From a virus (Duplodnaviria; Caudoviricetes): DNA of 64,000 bases. Shown in pieces: positions 20,301 through 30,200 of the stretch. Where the stretch lies: the IMG/VR virus record IMGVR_UViG_3300042900_000746, positions 32,001 through 96,000 of that record. One strand, 5' to 3'. The notes under the pieces are model-generated. The model did no database searches. It was not told where the DNA came from and saw only the letters and a list, made by a program, of their open reading frames with translations. The position numbers were made by a program, and so were the translations under genes. Position 1 is the first letter of the stretch; each line of letters opens with the position of its first letter.

Positions 20301-22433
20301 GGTCATCTTGTCGATGTTGGCGGACTGATTGCCGTTGGAGAAATTCTTGTACCACGCGAAGACGTTGCCGTTCTCAGAAGAACTCCAATAGGTGAAAGTA
20401 GAAAAATCGTCGCCAAGAGCAACACGGTTTGTATAAATTTCGGCAAGTTCATCTTTCGACGGCAAGAACCAATCTGATTGTCCGCCAGAAACTAGTTCAC
20501 TACAATACACTGCGGCCGATGTTGCTGCCACATTTCCTGATTGAGCAACAATATCAATAGTATTTTGTGCACCCGTACCAATCGCTGTACCGTCAGCGCC
20601 AGAAGCTGCCGAATACTGGTTCGCGCCAGTAGACCAAGTTCTTTGTACTTGTGTTGATACTGGAGCTACCTCAAAATATCTACCCGTAGAGTTTCCTGCC
20701 GTAGATGGGGTAATAAAAATCTTGCCACCACCAGGACCAATATCCCCAATTGCGTAGGATCCGGTACCAGCTTTTCTTCTGGGGGCTTCGTAATCTGAAA
20801 CTGTTCTAGTATAATTTAAATACCAAGAATAATGGATGTCTACTGGAGAATATACATACGAGGGGGTACTACTTATTTTTGTTCCGCCAATTTCAATATG
20901 TCCAGAAAATGATACCGTTGCTGATTCAACTGGATCTATCATTAACTTAGCGTCGTCAAAATCACCAACACCTGGTTGATAGTACTCAGCTGGCAGATCT
21001 GTATCTGTATCGTAAATTGCTGCAATTCGGCTTATACCTTCACCTAGTGTTCCAGCATAATCCCATACTCCATCGCCCCAATTAACATATCCTAAATTAC
21101 TTGGATATTTAATATTCAATTCTTCTACTAACTGCTTAAAGGCTGGAAGTGGCTTACCATCTTCGGAGAAATAATCTGCTGAAGATTCAATATCAGATAT
21201 TTCTAAAATCTCTGGAGTTGCGCCTGAATAATCAGAATCCGGCGTGGAACCGTATGCTCTCCATAGGTCTAACTCTCTTCTAAGAGTTTTCTTGTAGGCG
21301 TCCATAGAGACACCAGGAATGTTCTTAGTGACATCTAAAATTCTTTTTCTATAATTAGAGTTTGACTCTAGATTAAGTCTCGGCAGGCTGACTCGAGCAC
21401 CAAATTCATCAAAGTCATTATATATATTTAAAGGGTCTTGACCATATGTGGTGTTATTAACTTTTAATATTGAAAAATTTCTCATTGTTATTATTTGACG
21501 ATCCACCGCATTATAATAAAATACATAATCTGTAGATCGAGAACTAAAGAATTCCAATAAAGAAGAAACTCTACTCAACGGTATATCATCGCCAACTATT
21601 GTATTGATATTAGCTGGAACATTATATGATACATAACACCATGCTAGTTCATTGATATCTGCGCTATTGATATAGGCATTAATTCCATATAGATCAATCT
21701 TACCGGATATATAATCTAAATTTTCTCCAACTAGGGCATTTAGAAATGCACCGCCAGTTGAGTTGGGGGTCGCTAGACTCGGCGTAGCATCGGCCATTGA
21801 GTCTTCGAATAATGCTGTCCAAGAAGGAAATCTTTTAAGAATATTTCTTACAGAATTAGATATTACTGGAGAAATTGGATTATAAATTCCTATTTCTAAA
21901 TAAAATACTAAACCAAGTTGATTGATGTTTATTTCATCAGCATATATTTCAAGTTCTACTTTTATATATGGCTTTGCATTTCTGATAAAAATAGCGTTGG
22001 TATCTCCACGAAGGGAAGATTTTAGCCACGGTCCATCTTCATCATCTGACTCATACATCTGAATATTAAAAGTGGGAGATATAGTTCCTGGTATATTTGT
22101 AAAAATATGCCTATAACTTAGAATATCTATTCTTGAAGAAGTGTCTATAAACCTTTGAACGTTAGGAGTGGCTTCTTCGTATATTATTTCTCCAATGTCT
22201 GTCATATATATAGCGTTGGAGGTTAGCGGAGTATGGCCACCCAATGTAGATGGTGAAGTCAATTCTGTTCCGACGAATGTTTTATCACCTATCAAATCTA
22301 AGCCAGATGGTGACCTTATAGATGAGTAGTTCTTATACTGATTATTGCTATATAAATTTATAGAGTCAGTTGTCCATATATTGCCAGATTTATTAAAATC
22401 AGAACTTTTTAAAAGTAACAAATATTGCTTCAT
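17343..22433 (-). CDS. Large baseplate wedge/receptor-binding protein (1696 aa) with an internal DUF1566/C-type-lectin-fold domain
   Basis: Follows baseplate J. Contains a wedge-like FDEFGARVSLPRLNLESNSNYRKRI motif and an internal YAIGDIGPGGG...DWFLPSKDEL...YWSSSE...AW...VRPVRSF domain. Confidence 0.8.
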   Translation of the reverse strand: MKQYLLLLKSSDFNKSGNIWTTDSINLYSNNQYKNYSSIRSPSGLDLIGDKTFVGTELTSPSTLGGHTPLTSNAIYMTDIGEIIYEEATPNVQRFIDTSSRIDILSYRHIFTNIPGTISPTFNIQMYESDDEDGPWLKSSLRGDTNAIFIRNAKPYIKVELEIYADEININQLGLVFYLEIGIYNPISPVISNSVRNILKRFPSWTALFEDSMADATPSLATPNSTGGAFLNALVGENLDYISGKIDLYGINAYINSADINELAWCYVSYNVPANINTIVGDDIPLSRVSSLLEFFSSRSTDYVFYYNAVDRQIITMRNFSILKVNNTTYGQDPLNIYNDFDEFGARVSLPRLNLESNSNYRKRILDVTKNIPGVSMDAYKKTLRRELDLWRAYGSTPDSDYSGATPEILEISDIESSADYFSEDGKPLPAFKQLVEELNIKYPSNLGYVNWGDGVWDYAGTLGEGISRIAAIYDTDTDLPAEYYQPGVGDFDDAKLMIDPVESATVSFSGHIEIGGTKISSTPSYVYSPVDIHYSWYLNYTRTVSDYEAPRRKAGTGSYAIGDIGPGGGKIFITPSTAGNSTGRYFEVAPVSTQVQRTWSTGANQYSAASGADGTAIGTGAQNTIDIVAQSGNVAATSAAVYCSELVSGGQSDWFLPSKDELAEIYTNRVALGDDFSTFTYWSSSENGNVFAWYKNFSNGNQSANIDKMTPTIRVRPVRSFTAVPFESIGVAVAYEIVIPPHDNYAATNTFYTNLSYLDRDDMYVGNRFLSTHSASPEFSLIKIFDQDGLTLTDLEFRNKVTNDVYYNTEATPASNSISVYDAASVKTTYSVRWNQGTQSYDTIEVAGYRASFNTSPIAYVSDPSPSTSTTLTSPNIDYTNANLRIGSTVYETKQEVKNSDVLTSNIVLNSVNDISASGKENKIISFKDDLLDKIIYPPGSSLNYLYINAATPAIQDLYRSGSYSSHGGYAIDPYTQNSYLVPSSPNIKYGFYASNNTLIGSKDYLTSATINFSSTTPNYILVDAATPSSHYPFDKITNDIFTATTTPNVFSGYIDENNNTYNKINESKNYFYNQDKFLQTIDLNRTSFNLDLEDIYDINYVKLAATPNSIEAYVDNPEVLLDSLNSSISSSEKTYVNVNAKRTNLNESSYLTGLNTGWLYLDQDQHYIYANPVTQNHTGKFFNIELTSIPRFGAPIIVNVANDSATPAVQYRNLIFTDSATPGKASFYNTENILGNSGNSLYLAYENISKISVKDLYTGKTLYNNLSTATNVISPFSEATPSVQGREYEVVYYVNNAFYVDKDVYSSAKDSYVANLYLSTTPSTVSPTPSYEIIYESDYMNNHNNIDLDINQVSNPLEEGYVYIDTNEYEYGSIDAYLSPAHITDSAEDLMYLSIVSYDINGNLKPNMSFDIYSTEIDAEDPQVQTNDNGFATTIVRYTGSIPATLDESSILISGITDTPTAGYQKVIPFKIHMNNKFHLQVKATPVRYSIQADGLTNVSIVGRVYWKNRPFEHVIDLNWIKERTLLDLFDGTPADSITTNSDGTFAINNNITSESNTNPGHWFLKIEIDDPTIVRNLLINDGEDLSLTAVTISGDIVYWNEAYDNVQYASEGLPLPGSFIHSKQAGSDLTATPNFVYKHSDSSSVIANGATPNWIPEKWVPLRKFDQYQLKLFGSTPEYITTLENSHPDYEEQ
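20268..20415 (-). other. Putative diversity-generating retroelement variable region (VR)
   Basis: Encodes YWSSSENGNVFAWYKNFSNGNQSANIDKMTPTIRVRPVRSF. Of the 33 codons from N (after SSSE) to the last R, 29 end in G/C and 19 are NNC, in an otherwise AT-rich gene. Confidence 0.7.
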
Positions 22434-22445
22434 GCAAAAACCTTT

Positions 22446-23615
22446 TTAATAATTAGAAGATCCTATTATAACAGAATATATATTCACACTTCCAGCTGTA
22501 ACGTATTCTTTTATACTATTTGGCATAAAATCTCTTAATGGTAGCTCTTTGCCATCAGCTGTAAATGTATTAATAGTGACGCCTCTTACAAGATCGGAAG
22601 AAAGCTTTATTTGTTGTTCTATTTCAGATAATGAAACAGTATTTCCAATAGTCATAGAATTTAAATATCGCTTAACAAACATCGCTGCCTGATTTCGCAC
22701 TCCATTAATTATAGTATCTGAGTTACCTGAGGGAATGGTTATTGTAGCTGAAACGTTAATGCTAATTTTCTCTGCTACTCTTACATTGAATCTGACACCA
22801 ACAGGCTTAACAGCACTGATTGCACTTAGAATTGCTTGTGGCAAAGCTTTGATCGCAGATGAAACCTCAGGAACTACAATGACGTCACATGACCCTATTC
22901 CATAAGAGGCTTCACGTATCCTTACGTCTTTCACTCCTTTAACCGAAAGGGCTGCAAATCTTACGGATTCGACTGTGCCTGGAGCCTTAGTCTTCATGGA
23001 AGCTAGTATTCTTCTACGATAATTATCATCAGACTCTGATGTAATATTGGAGTAAATTTCCTTGGGGTTATTGGAGAAAACAACTACTGTTGGCGGTGCA
23101 ATAAAATTATGTTTAGTGAGCGAATTTTTAGGGGCAACATATGAGTTATCTGAGAAATTTGGTTCAGCCCTACCATAGGATCTTGTAGCGCCAGCTGGTA
23201 TAGAAACAGTCGAAGATAATTTGTAGCTATATTGTTTAGTGGTAAAATTAGACACGTCATTGTATAATAATGTACCAGCTGGTATTGTTATTCCTGCGCT
23301 GTGGGGTTTATCTATGAAAAATTCTACGTTAAAAGATTGTCTTTCTTCTGCGACAAAATTTGTAACGGACTTTCTTGAGACACCATATAGATCTCCAATT
23401 AAGTCTAAATTCCTACCAGACGCTGTACTTAAGTTACTTTGCGAAACAGTAAATCTAAATGCCTCATAAAGATCAGATATCTCCGCACTAACTGACTCTG
23501 CGAAGGCTCTAGCAATAGAGCCTGGATAAATGGCTGTAATACCAGCATTTTTTTCAAGCCCATTAAGTATGGAGACTAGGATTTCTGATTTATTTTTAAC
23601 ACCGTAAATAGCCAT
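22446..23615 (-). CDS. Baseplate J-like (gp6-like) wedge protein
   Basis: Motifs TASGRNLDLIGDLYGVSR, IPAGT, ESDDNYRRRI, ALSVKGVKDV and KPVGV are characteristic of Baseplate_J. Confidence 0.9.
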   Translation of the reverse strand: MAIYGVKNKSEILVSILNGLEKNAGITAIYPGSIARAFAESVSAEISDLYEAFRFTVSQSNLSTASGRNLDLIGDLYGVSRKSVTNFVAEERQSFNVEFFIDKPHSAGITIPAGTLLYNDVSNFTTKQYSYKLSSTVSIPAGATRSYGRAEPNFSDNSYVAPKNSLTKHNFIAPPTVVVFSNNPKEIYSNITSESDDNYRRRILASMKTKAPGTVESVRFAALSVKGVKDVRIREASYGIGSCDVIVVPEVSSAIKALPQAILSAISAVKPVGVRFNVRVAEKISINVSATITIPSGNSDTIINGVRNQAAMFVKRYLNSMTIGNTVSLSEIEQQIKLSSDLVRGVTINTFTADGKELPLRDFMPNSIKEYVTAGSVNIYSVIIGSSNY

Positions 23616-23996
23616 TTATGCTCCTAAAGTCTGACTAACAGATAGAACTACTGGTTGATCAATATCTGAAATTATATGAACATCAAAACGAATAGTATCC
23701 TTACTGGTAGGAACTGAATCTATTTTAATATTTCTACCCTTAAAAATACCTTCTCTTTGCAATCCTGTTTGAATTAGCTTTTTGCCAAATTCTCCGGTTT
23801 CTGCAGACTGGGGCATTCCATATAGTAAAGATAAATCAATGCCTAACAGTGGATATATGTAAAAATCTCCAGGCTCTGTCATTAGCCTAATATAAGCCTG
23901 TTGTACATCGCTCTGCATGGAGGAGTTAGTTAAAACGATATCCTTATTGCCACCAATTAATATGTCTCCATTTAGTGTAAAATATAAATCACTCAT
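23616..23996 (-). CDS. Baseplate gp25/gpW-like sheath initiator
   Basis: 126 aa with QQAYIRLMTEPGDFYIYPLLGIDL; immediately precedes baseplate J. Confidence 0.8.
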   Translation of the reverse strand: MSDLYFTLNGDILIGGNKDIVLTNSSMQSDVQQAYIRLMTEPGDFYIYPLLGIDLSLLYGMPQSAETGEFGKKLIQTGLQREGIFKGRNIKIDSVPTSKDTIRFDVHIISDIDQPVVLSVSQTLGA

Positions 23997-24642
23997 TCAT
24001 TTCCCTTAATGCCCTTAGGTGAGATTGGTCAAAAGTAAGACCTTCTCTAATGTATTTTACCATTAGATCGATATGCTCTTTCGAATAATTGGAAGAGTAT
24101 GCTTCTAGCAGTCCAACTTGTTCAAAAGTTAAATCGGACAAGTTATCCTCCGAAGTATACGTCTGCTGAGGTATTATCTGCTCTTGATTAAAACCATAGT
24201 CACCAGATATAGTAATGGTCTTTTGATTTTCCTGATCTTCTAAATCGTTCATCCTATCTAAATAATATGAAATACCATTTTGAGCTGAATGAATATTCTT
24301 ATAGTTTAGTTTGACCAACGTAGGTTCCGAGTAATCAGATGAAGAATAGTTAAAATTATAATTATTCCACCTAAGTCCGTCCTCGTTACAGTGCATTCTA
24401 ATTTGATCTCCGAATAAGGATATACTCTTAGATCTACCACTGATGACTATTCCAACTCCGGGGGCAGCAAAGATCTCTATATCTCCCTGATCATTTAATC
24501 GTATAAAACTAGATAAATCAGGGTGAGTTAATCCAACTTCTCTATCAGAAAATTCTTTTCTTTTTTGGACTTCTGATTCAACTGGAAAATTCATTTCCTG
24601 TTTATTCCGTCTATTCATAGCTCCAGTATCTAAGATATCCAT
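23989..24642 (-). CDS. Putative baseplate spike-associated protein (217 aa)
   Basis: Beta-strand run SFIRLNDQGDIEIFAAPGVGIVI resembles the gpV/gp5 beta region; lies between the OB-fold gene and gp25. Confidence 0.55.
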   Translation of the reverse strand: MDILDTGAMNRRNKQEMNFPVESEVQKRKEFSDREVGLTHPDLSSFIRLNDQGDIEIFAAPGVGIVISGRSKSISLFGDQIRMHCNEDGLRWNNYNFNYSSSDYSEPTLVKLNYKNIHSAQNGISYYLDRMNDLEDQENQKTITISGDYGFNQEQIIPQQTYTSEDNLSDLTFEQVGLLEAYSSNYSKEHIDLMVKYIREGLTFDQSHLRALREMNE

Positions 24643-25010
24643 TAGTGCACCATAAATCTAGGTATTCCAGTATTTACTACAGAATTTCTTATGTAAAATT
24701 TATTAGTTGCAACATCATCAAAAAAATTAAGTATATATGGATTTGATTCATTTGTATCTCTAAACCCTATTAAGCATCTTGTCCCTAGGGTGGGTGAAAC
24801 TGATTGAACTCCTTTGACTAATGGGCAGGGTACATTTTTTAAAACGTTTCCCATATTTTCAGAGTATTGTTCATCTAAGATAACATCAGCTGTACTACTT
24901 GCCCTATTGTAACTGACTATAATTCCAGGTCTTGTCCTGGACTTTTGCATAGATACGTTGTCTATTTGATCTTGTATTTTTTTATCAAATTTTGGATAAT
25001 TACCTGGCAT
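24642..25010 (-). CDS. Baseplate spike OB-fold-like protein (gpV/gp5 N-terminal type, 122 aa)
   Basis: Pattern PGIIVSYN...TADV...LKNVPCP...PTLGTRCLIGF...PYI. Confidence 0.65.
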   Translation of the reverse strand: MPGNYPKFDKKIQDQIDNVSMQKSRTRPGIIVSYNRASSTADVILDEQYSENMGNVLKNVPCPLVKGVQSVSPTLGTRCLIGFRDTNESNPYILNFFDDVATNKFYIRNSVVNTGIPRFMVH

Positions 25011-25025
25011 TTTTATTTAGTCCTC

Positions 25026-27203
25026 TCATAGTCTTCCTGTGAACATTTCGCCGTTCATCCATCTCTCTATTACTGGAGCAGATCTGGATGTGGCCCCATT
25101 GCCTGCAAAGGCAAAATATCTTCTTACCCACGCCTTTAAGGTTTCTTCTGTTTGATTCGTATTTCTTAGATAAACCCCTACAGCGTCTGACCATTTAACA
25201 TTACTAATTGGGCCATAAGTAGGTGCCCCGCTTCCTGGAGCGCCCCCATAATCCCCCCATGGCTGAAGTACATGTTGCATTTCTGGAATTTGTCCTAATT
25301 TCTGGTCTGCTGGAAGTGGATAAACTGGATCTCGACCACTAGCCATTTTATACAGCATGAATGCTTGATTTATCGGTATCCACAATCGATCACTAGTTGA
25401 ATTTCTACTATCCGTTATATAAGCTGGAGTTTTTTCATTGGCTTTAGATTTAGCTATACTCGTGAAAAAAGATTCCCATTGATCAAAGTTTGTCAGTCCA
25501 AAATATTCCCACGCTGTTGCAGCCAATTTCCAACCTTCTGTAATTGCTACCGTTGGGAGTGGTGTCATATATGTTTTTTTTCCGTGAGCTAACAAATTAA
25601 TTTGAAAACAACCAAAAGAATAATCTCTGCTATTAAGTATTCTTGGGTTCCAACTGCCGACATTGCCTTCTCTAGCAGTTATTGCAGTAAATAGAGCTGC
25701 CAATTCTGGGTAAGCTATTGTCCCTGCGAGAAGTTGGAAAATTTCATCTTGACTTAATTCTCCAGTATTAGGTACTTTATAGCTTTTAGTATATTTGGAA
25801 TCAAGAATATTTCCTGGAGTTATACCTATACCAAAGCCGAAGTCAATAGTTGAACCTGGCACTGTGGCGGGTGTTGCTGGAGGACCAGTAGTAAAAGCTC
25901 CTCCTGGTCCAGTGTATATCCCTGACCTTGCGGGGGAAAATGCAATATGGAGGTGATTTCTATGACCGCTGTCTGGAAACCATCTAACGTGTTTTAAGTT
26001 AGGAAATCTTAGTTTTATCGCTGCGTCGTCTGCGTCTTTGTCCTCACTAACTCCATATTCAGTTTTTAGTCGATCATCAAAACCTAACAGGTCTGGAATT
26101 AGATGCATGGGGAATGAGTTTATAGCAGTTAGGAACATGTCCATAAAGCCTCTAAATGTATCTAAATTTAGGCTTTCCAGATCGTAGAATGTTCCGGATA
26201 GAGATGTTCCGTTCATAAGATCGAATGCTCTACCAAAACCATGTGCAGAAAGTGTATTACCCTCTGTCATACTGTTCTTTCCTGGACTATCTGACCACCT
26301 AGTCATTCCAAAACCGCCACTAAACTTAATTTTTGTACTTAGTAAAATAAAAAATTCAATTATTGCTGGACAAATATACGCCGTTTGCGGATCAGCGTCG
26401 ATAATTTCTGGTGGAATTATAATGATATTTGAACTTTGATCCACAAGAGGGAATTCAGTTCCTCCATCTTTAGTTCCCAAGTCACGTAATCCATTTGGAA
26501 TATCAAAAGGCCAACCAGATTTTAGATAACTACTATTACCCGCGTATCCTATATTGGCTAAAACGAGTGCTCTTTCAGCGTGCCATGCCCGTTCTTCTAC
26601 TGTGCTGTTATTAGTTAACATAACCATTCTTCCTCCAGCACTTGGATTTCCTGAATCAGTATTGGGTGGCGTATCTCCATGATTTTCTGTGCCAGCTTCT
26701 TTTGATTGGGTTTCAAAAGACACATAATTATCGTACAGGTTTCCTTCCGCTTCTTCAATAAAAGAACTGCCGCCTTGTTTCCCTACAATACTTTCTGCAA
26801 GTATCCTAGCAAACGCAGCACCTCCCCTAAGCTTCGCAGTCTCTGTGGCTCCATCAGCATTTGTATAAGTACCACCTTCTGGATTTTCAATTACTAGAGT
26901 TGAAGTTGAATCAAAAGTTGATTCCGAGCCGGCGGTGATTAGGGAGTTTAAAGAACTCCCAATCGATTTATTATAAAAAGTAGTTGCAAATTTTGGGGAC
27001 CTATATAAAACATCTCCAGATATAGCCTCTGATATGGTTCGGCTAGTAAGAGTTTTGCCAGAAACTCCATTTTTGCCAAAAGTTGTATTTTCAACAACAA
27101 TTTTTCCATTTGGAAAATTTTTACTTTTTGGATAATAACTATCAAAAATAGCATTTGTTATCGACTTAGAGTTTGCCATTTGGCTTTTGTCAATGTTAAC
27201 CAT
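25026..27203 (-). CDS. Virion-associated peptidoglycan hydrolase: M15/LAS-type Zn peptidase plus lysozyme-like domain (725 aa)
   Basis: SAHGFGRAFD and HRNHLHIAF fit the H-x6-D...HxH Zn ligands; AITAREG...SFGCFQINL fits a lysozyme/transglycosylase-like E...GxxQI motif. Confidence 0.75.
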   Translation of the reverse strand: MVNIDKSQMANSKSITNAIFDSYYPKSKNFPNGKIVVENTTFGKNGVSGKTLTSRTISEAISGDVLYRSPKFATTFYNKSIGSSLNSLITAGSESTFDSTSTLVIENPEGGTYTNADGATETAKLRGGAAFARILAESIVGKQGGSSFIEEAEGNLYDNYVSFETQSKEAGTENHGDTPPNTDSGNPSAGGRMVMLTNNSTVEERAWHAERALVLANIGYAGNSSYLKSGWPFDIPNGLRDLGTKDGGTEFPLVDQSSNIIIIPPEIIDADPQTAYICPAIIEFFILLSTKIKFSGGFGMTRWSDSPGKNSMTEGNTLSAHGFGRAFDLMNGTSLSGTFYDLESLNLDTFRGFMDMFLTAINSFPMHLIPDLLGFDDRLKTEYGVSEDKDADDAAIKLRFPNLKHVRWFPDSGHRNHLHIAFSPARSGIYTGPGGAFTTGPPATPATVPGSTIDFGFGIGITPGNILDSKYTKSYKVPNTGELSQDEIFQLLAGTIAYPELAALFTAITAREGNVGSWNPRILNSRDYSFGCFQINLLAHGKKTYMTPLPTVAITEGWKLAATAWEYFGLTNFDQWESFFTSIAKSKANEKTPAYITDSRNSTSDRLWIPINQAFMLYKMASGRDPVYPLPADQKLGQIPEMQHVLQPWGDYGGAPGSGAPTYGPISNVKWSDAVGVYLRNTNQTEETLKAWVRRYFAFAGNGATSRSAPVIERWMNGEMFTGRL

Positions 27204-27204
27204 A

Positions 27205-30200
27205 TTATACAGTTCCTCCTACTACGATTGGCATTGCGGCTGATTCTTCAGCAGTCGTTACAGAATCTGATTCTGCTTGAAGATCTGCAACGTAGACTCT
27301 AGCTAAGTTATTGACTACTAGTTCCCAGTTTAGTGTGTATGGATGTCCATCTTCATAATATTCATCCCAGCTAACTTGAGGCCATTCTGAAACTACGTTA
27401 TAAATTTCTTCTAATATTTTCATATAAACTAAAATATTATATTTCTTTACATATTGTTCGGACAGTCCGTGTAATGGATCTAGATTATCTAAATCATCAA
27501 AATAGTCTTCTTTTACAGTATTAGCTATCTTGCTATAAATTTCATTAAATTTGACTCTAAAAGGCGATTCATCATACATAGAATCTTGCACTTTTGTTTG
27601 CACAGTATCCAAAGATTCTTGATTGCTTCTAAATAAATTTCTAATATTTATTTTATGTTTTTCTATATTTACTTCTGGTAGATAATAGAATATTGTTCCA
27701 ATTGTTCTTTGAAATACATCTCTCACATAATTTGCATCAATATTTTGAGATGCTCCAGCCTCATAGTCCTGTTCTAATACAGCGGTCTTTCCAACTCTAG
27801 TTGGATTAACTCTAAGAACAAAAATTTTATCTGTCAAAGCTTTTGTTGTAAACAGTTTAGCTTTACCACCAGGAGTGGAAAGATCTAATAAACTAATAGT
27901 ATCATTCGCAGTTATTGGATTTGCTGGAGTATCTGGATATCCAACTTTACCTTCCATGGTATTAATTTCAGATGTATTCATTCCATCAAAACGAACTTTA
28001 AAAGTAGCTCCAGATAATACGTCTTCTACTTCAATTGTGTCACCGTCCACGAAGTGAATTACTTTACACAGTACTTTAAATTGTGGTTCAAGCCCAGCTT
28101 TTTCTGGACCAAGTCCTGCCATCTTAAGAACGCGCGCGTGCACTAGAGCGTTTTCATAACTTACATATCTAACCAGGTCTGTAATTTGACTTTCATTCCA
28201 TCCAAGACTCTTGAATAGATCATCGCTTCTAATATACGCATTCCCTTCTGGCGTTCTGACTTTAGCTCTAACGCCAAGTATTCCCGGAAGAAGTGCCTTA
28301 GAATGATACTTTCCGACAACCATTCCCTGATTATAAGAGAGCCCTGCGTCCATTGGTTGACCGTTTTTACTTAAATATTGAACATAACAACCATGCTGAT
28401 CAAGAACTTTATCCCTAATCCAACTCCACCCTTTCCATGCAAGTTGCCCGACTAGAGGCCCACCTATTGCTGCGCCGACTAAACCTATTGGGGTTACTGC
28501 TCCTAGAAGGGCACCTGCTGCTAGGCCACCGGCCAACATTTTAAACCCTACACCTGCACCTCCTCCATTAGCTGAGGCAAGGGCTATTAGCTGATCCTTG
28601 GCGTCTGGCAAACTTTGCGCAGTTTGGTTAGCCATAACATCTTTCACTAAAGCGCTCGAACCATGAGTGAATTGCAATCCGCCTAATAGTTGAGGGGACA
28701 GTGCTTCTCCAAGGGCATCCATAGATACATTTCCGCCAACAGATACTCCTGAGTTTCCCGATCTAATTCTACTTAAATACATTCTAGTATCATTTCGAAT
28801 TGTTTGAACGTTCATCCAAGAATGAATCCAAGATGTCATAAACCATCTTGCTGGGTCATTTACTGTAACTAGAGCATTAGGTGTTATTGACGTTATGTAC
28901 CCTAATTCTGCTGTAAAGTGATGAACGACTTGTTCAACTTCGAATATGCCATACATTCTCTCATAAACGTCAGCCAAATAAATTAAATCGTGCGGTCTAA
29001 TATCTGAGTTTCCAATAACTATTAATTCTCCACCATAAATATCTTTAATTGATTCTTTTAAGTGAGACAGTGCAACTCTTCTTGCAGATAATTCATCAGG
29101 AGCTCCTTGGACATTTTTTGCAATTCCGCTGATTGTTTCGAGCGGGTGCATTAACGGGTGTAGAAATCCAGTAAATCCAGAACCAGTCATATTGTCAAAG
29201 TATAGTCCAGTTTCAATAGTTTTCTCGACTTGCCTTTCAGCTGGAGCACCCTTATCTAAAGCTACAGTGACAGGATATTTTCCGTCTGATACGGCTGTAA
29301 CAGTTGTTGCAACGCCGTTGATATTTTCTTGTATTTCATTAGACAAGATGTGGGAGAAAGAACTTATGTAATGAAGTCTCTGGAATGGTTCACGCACCTC
29401 TATAACTGGTTCTCCATATTCTCTAGTAAATGGATTATCTACAGCTCTAAGAAGTGTTCCAGGTCTTCCTAGCGAATAATAAATGGAATCGTTAAGTGCT
29501 TTATTCAAAATGTTTGCTTGCTTTTTAAAGTTACCTGCTTCGGACAGGGCGTAGCCCATTTGTTGCATAGACAATTGAAACATTGACATTAGGCCTGTTA
29601 AACCATCTCCTATAGCGGTAAAGATTGGTCCTACGTTTGCGTTCCAAAAATCATTAATTCCGTCGGCGCTTTCCCCAACGATATTAGTTGAACTATTCCC
29701 TTCGCCTTTTGTCGCAGCTAATAATTTCAAAAATTTATCATTTTTACCCGGCTTAGCGTAATCGCTATATGGATCAATAAACGCTCTAAATATTTTATCC
29801 ACTGGTTTAAAGCTCCATTGATCATCCCCAGTTTTCTTTCTATCTGGCTTAAGCACTAGCCAAGCTCTTGCATACGGATCTTCCCACATTCTTTGTCTAA
29901 AGATGCCAACCATTAATAAAAATAGTTGTTTTGGTGTTTTAATTTTTTTAGCCAACTCAGATTTTAGTGTTGGGTTATCTGTATCTGCGGAAAGACTAAA
30001 GCTCAATACGTTATTAACAGTGGCATTGTCTAAGAAGTTCTTGTTAATTGAAGTCAATGACTTAACAACAACTGCATTAAAGTATTCTACTATTCCACCT
30101 TTATCTATACTGGTATCAATATAATTTGCTCTAGCAAACTCAATAGCTTCCTTAAAGTTTTGGTTGGAAGTACTATCTGCACTAGATTCACTGGAAGAAT

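Noticed and set aside
20205-20477. 90-aa plus-strand ORF over the GC-rich patch
   Set aside because: It is explained by the GC3-rich variable region on the minus strand and is not an independent gene.
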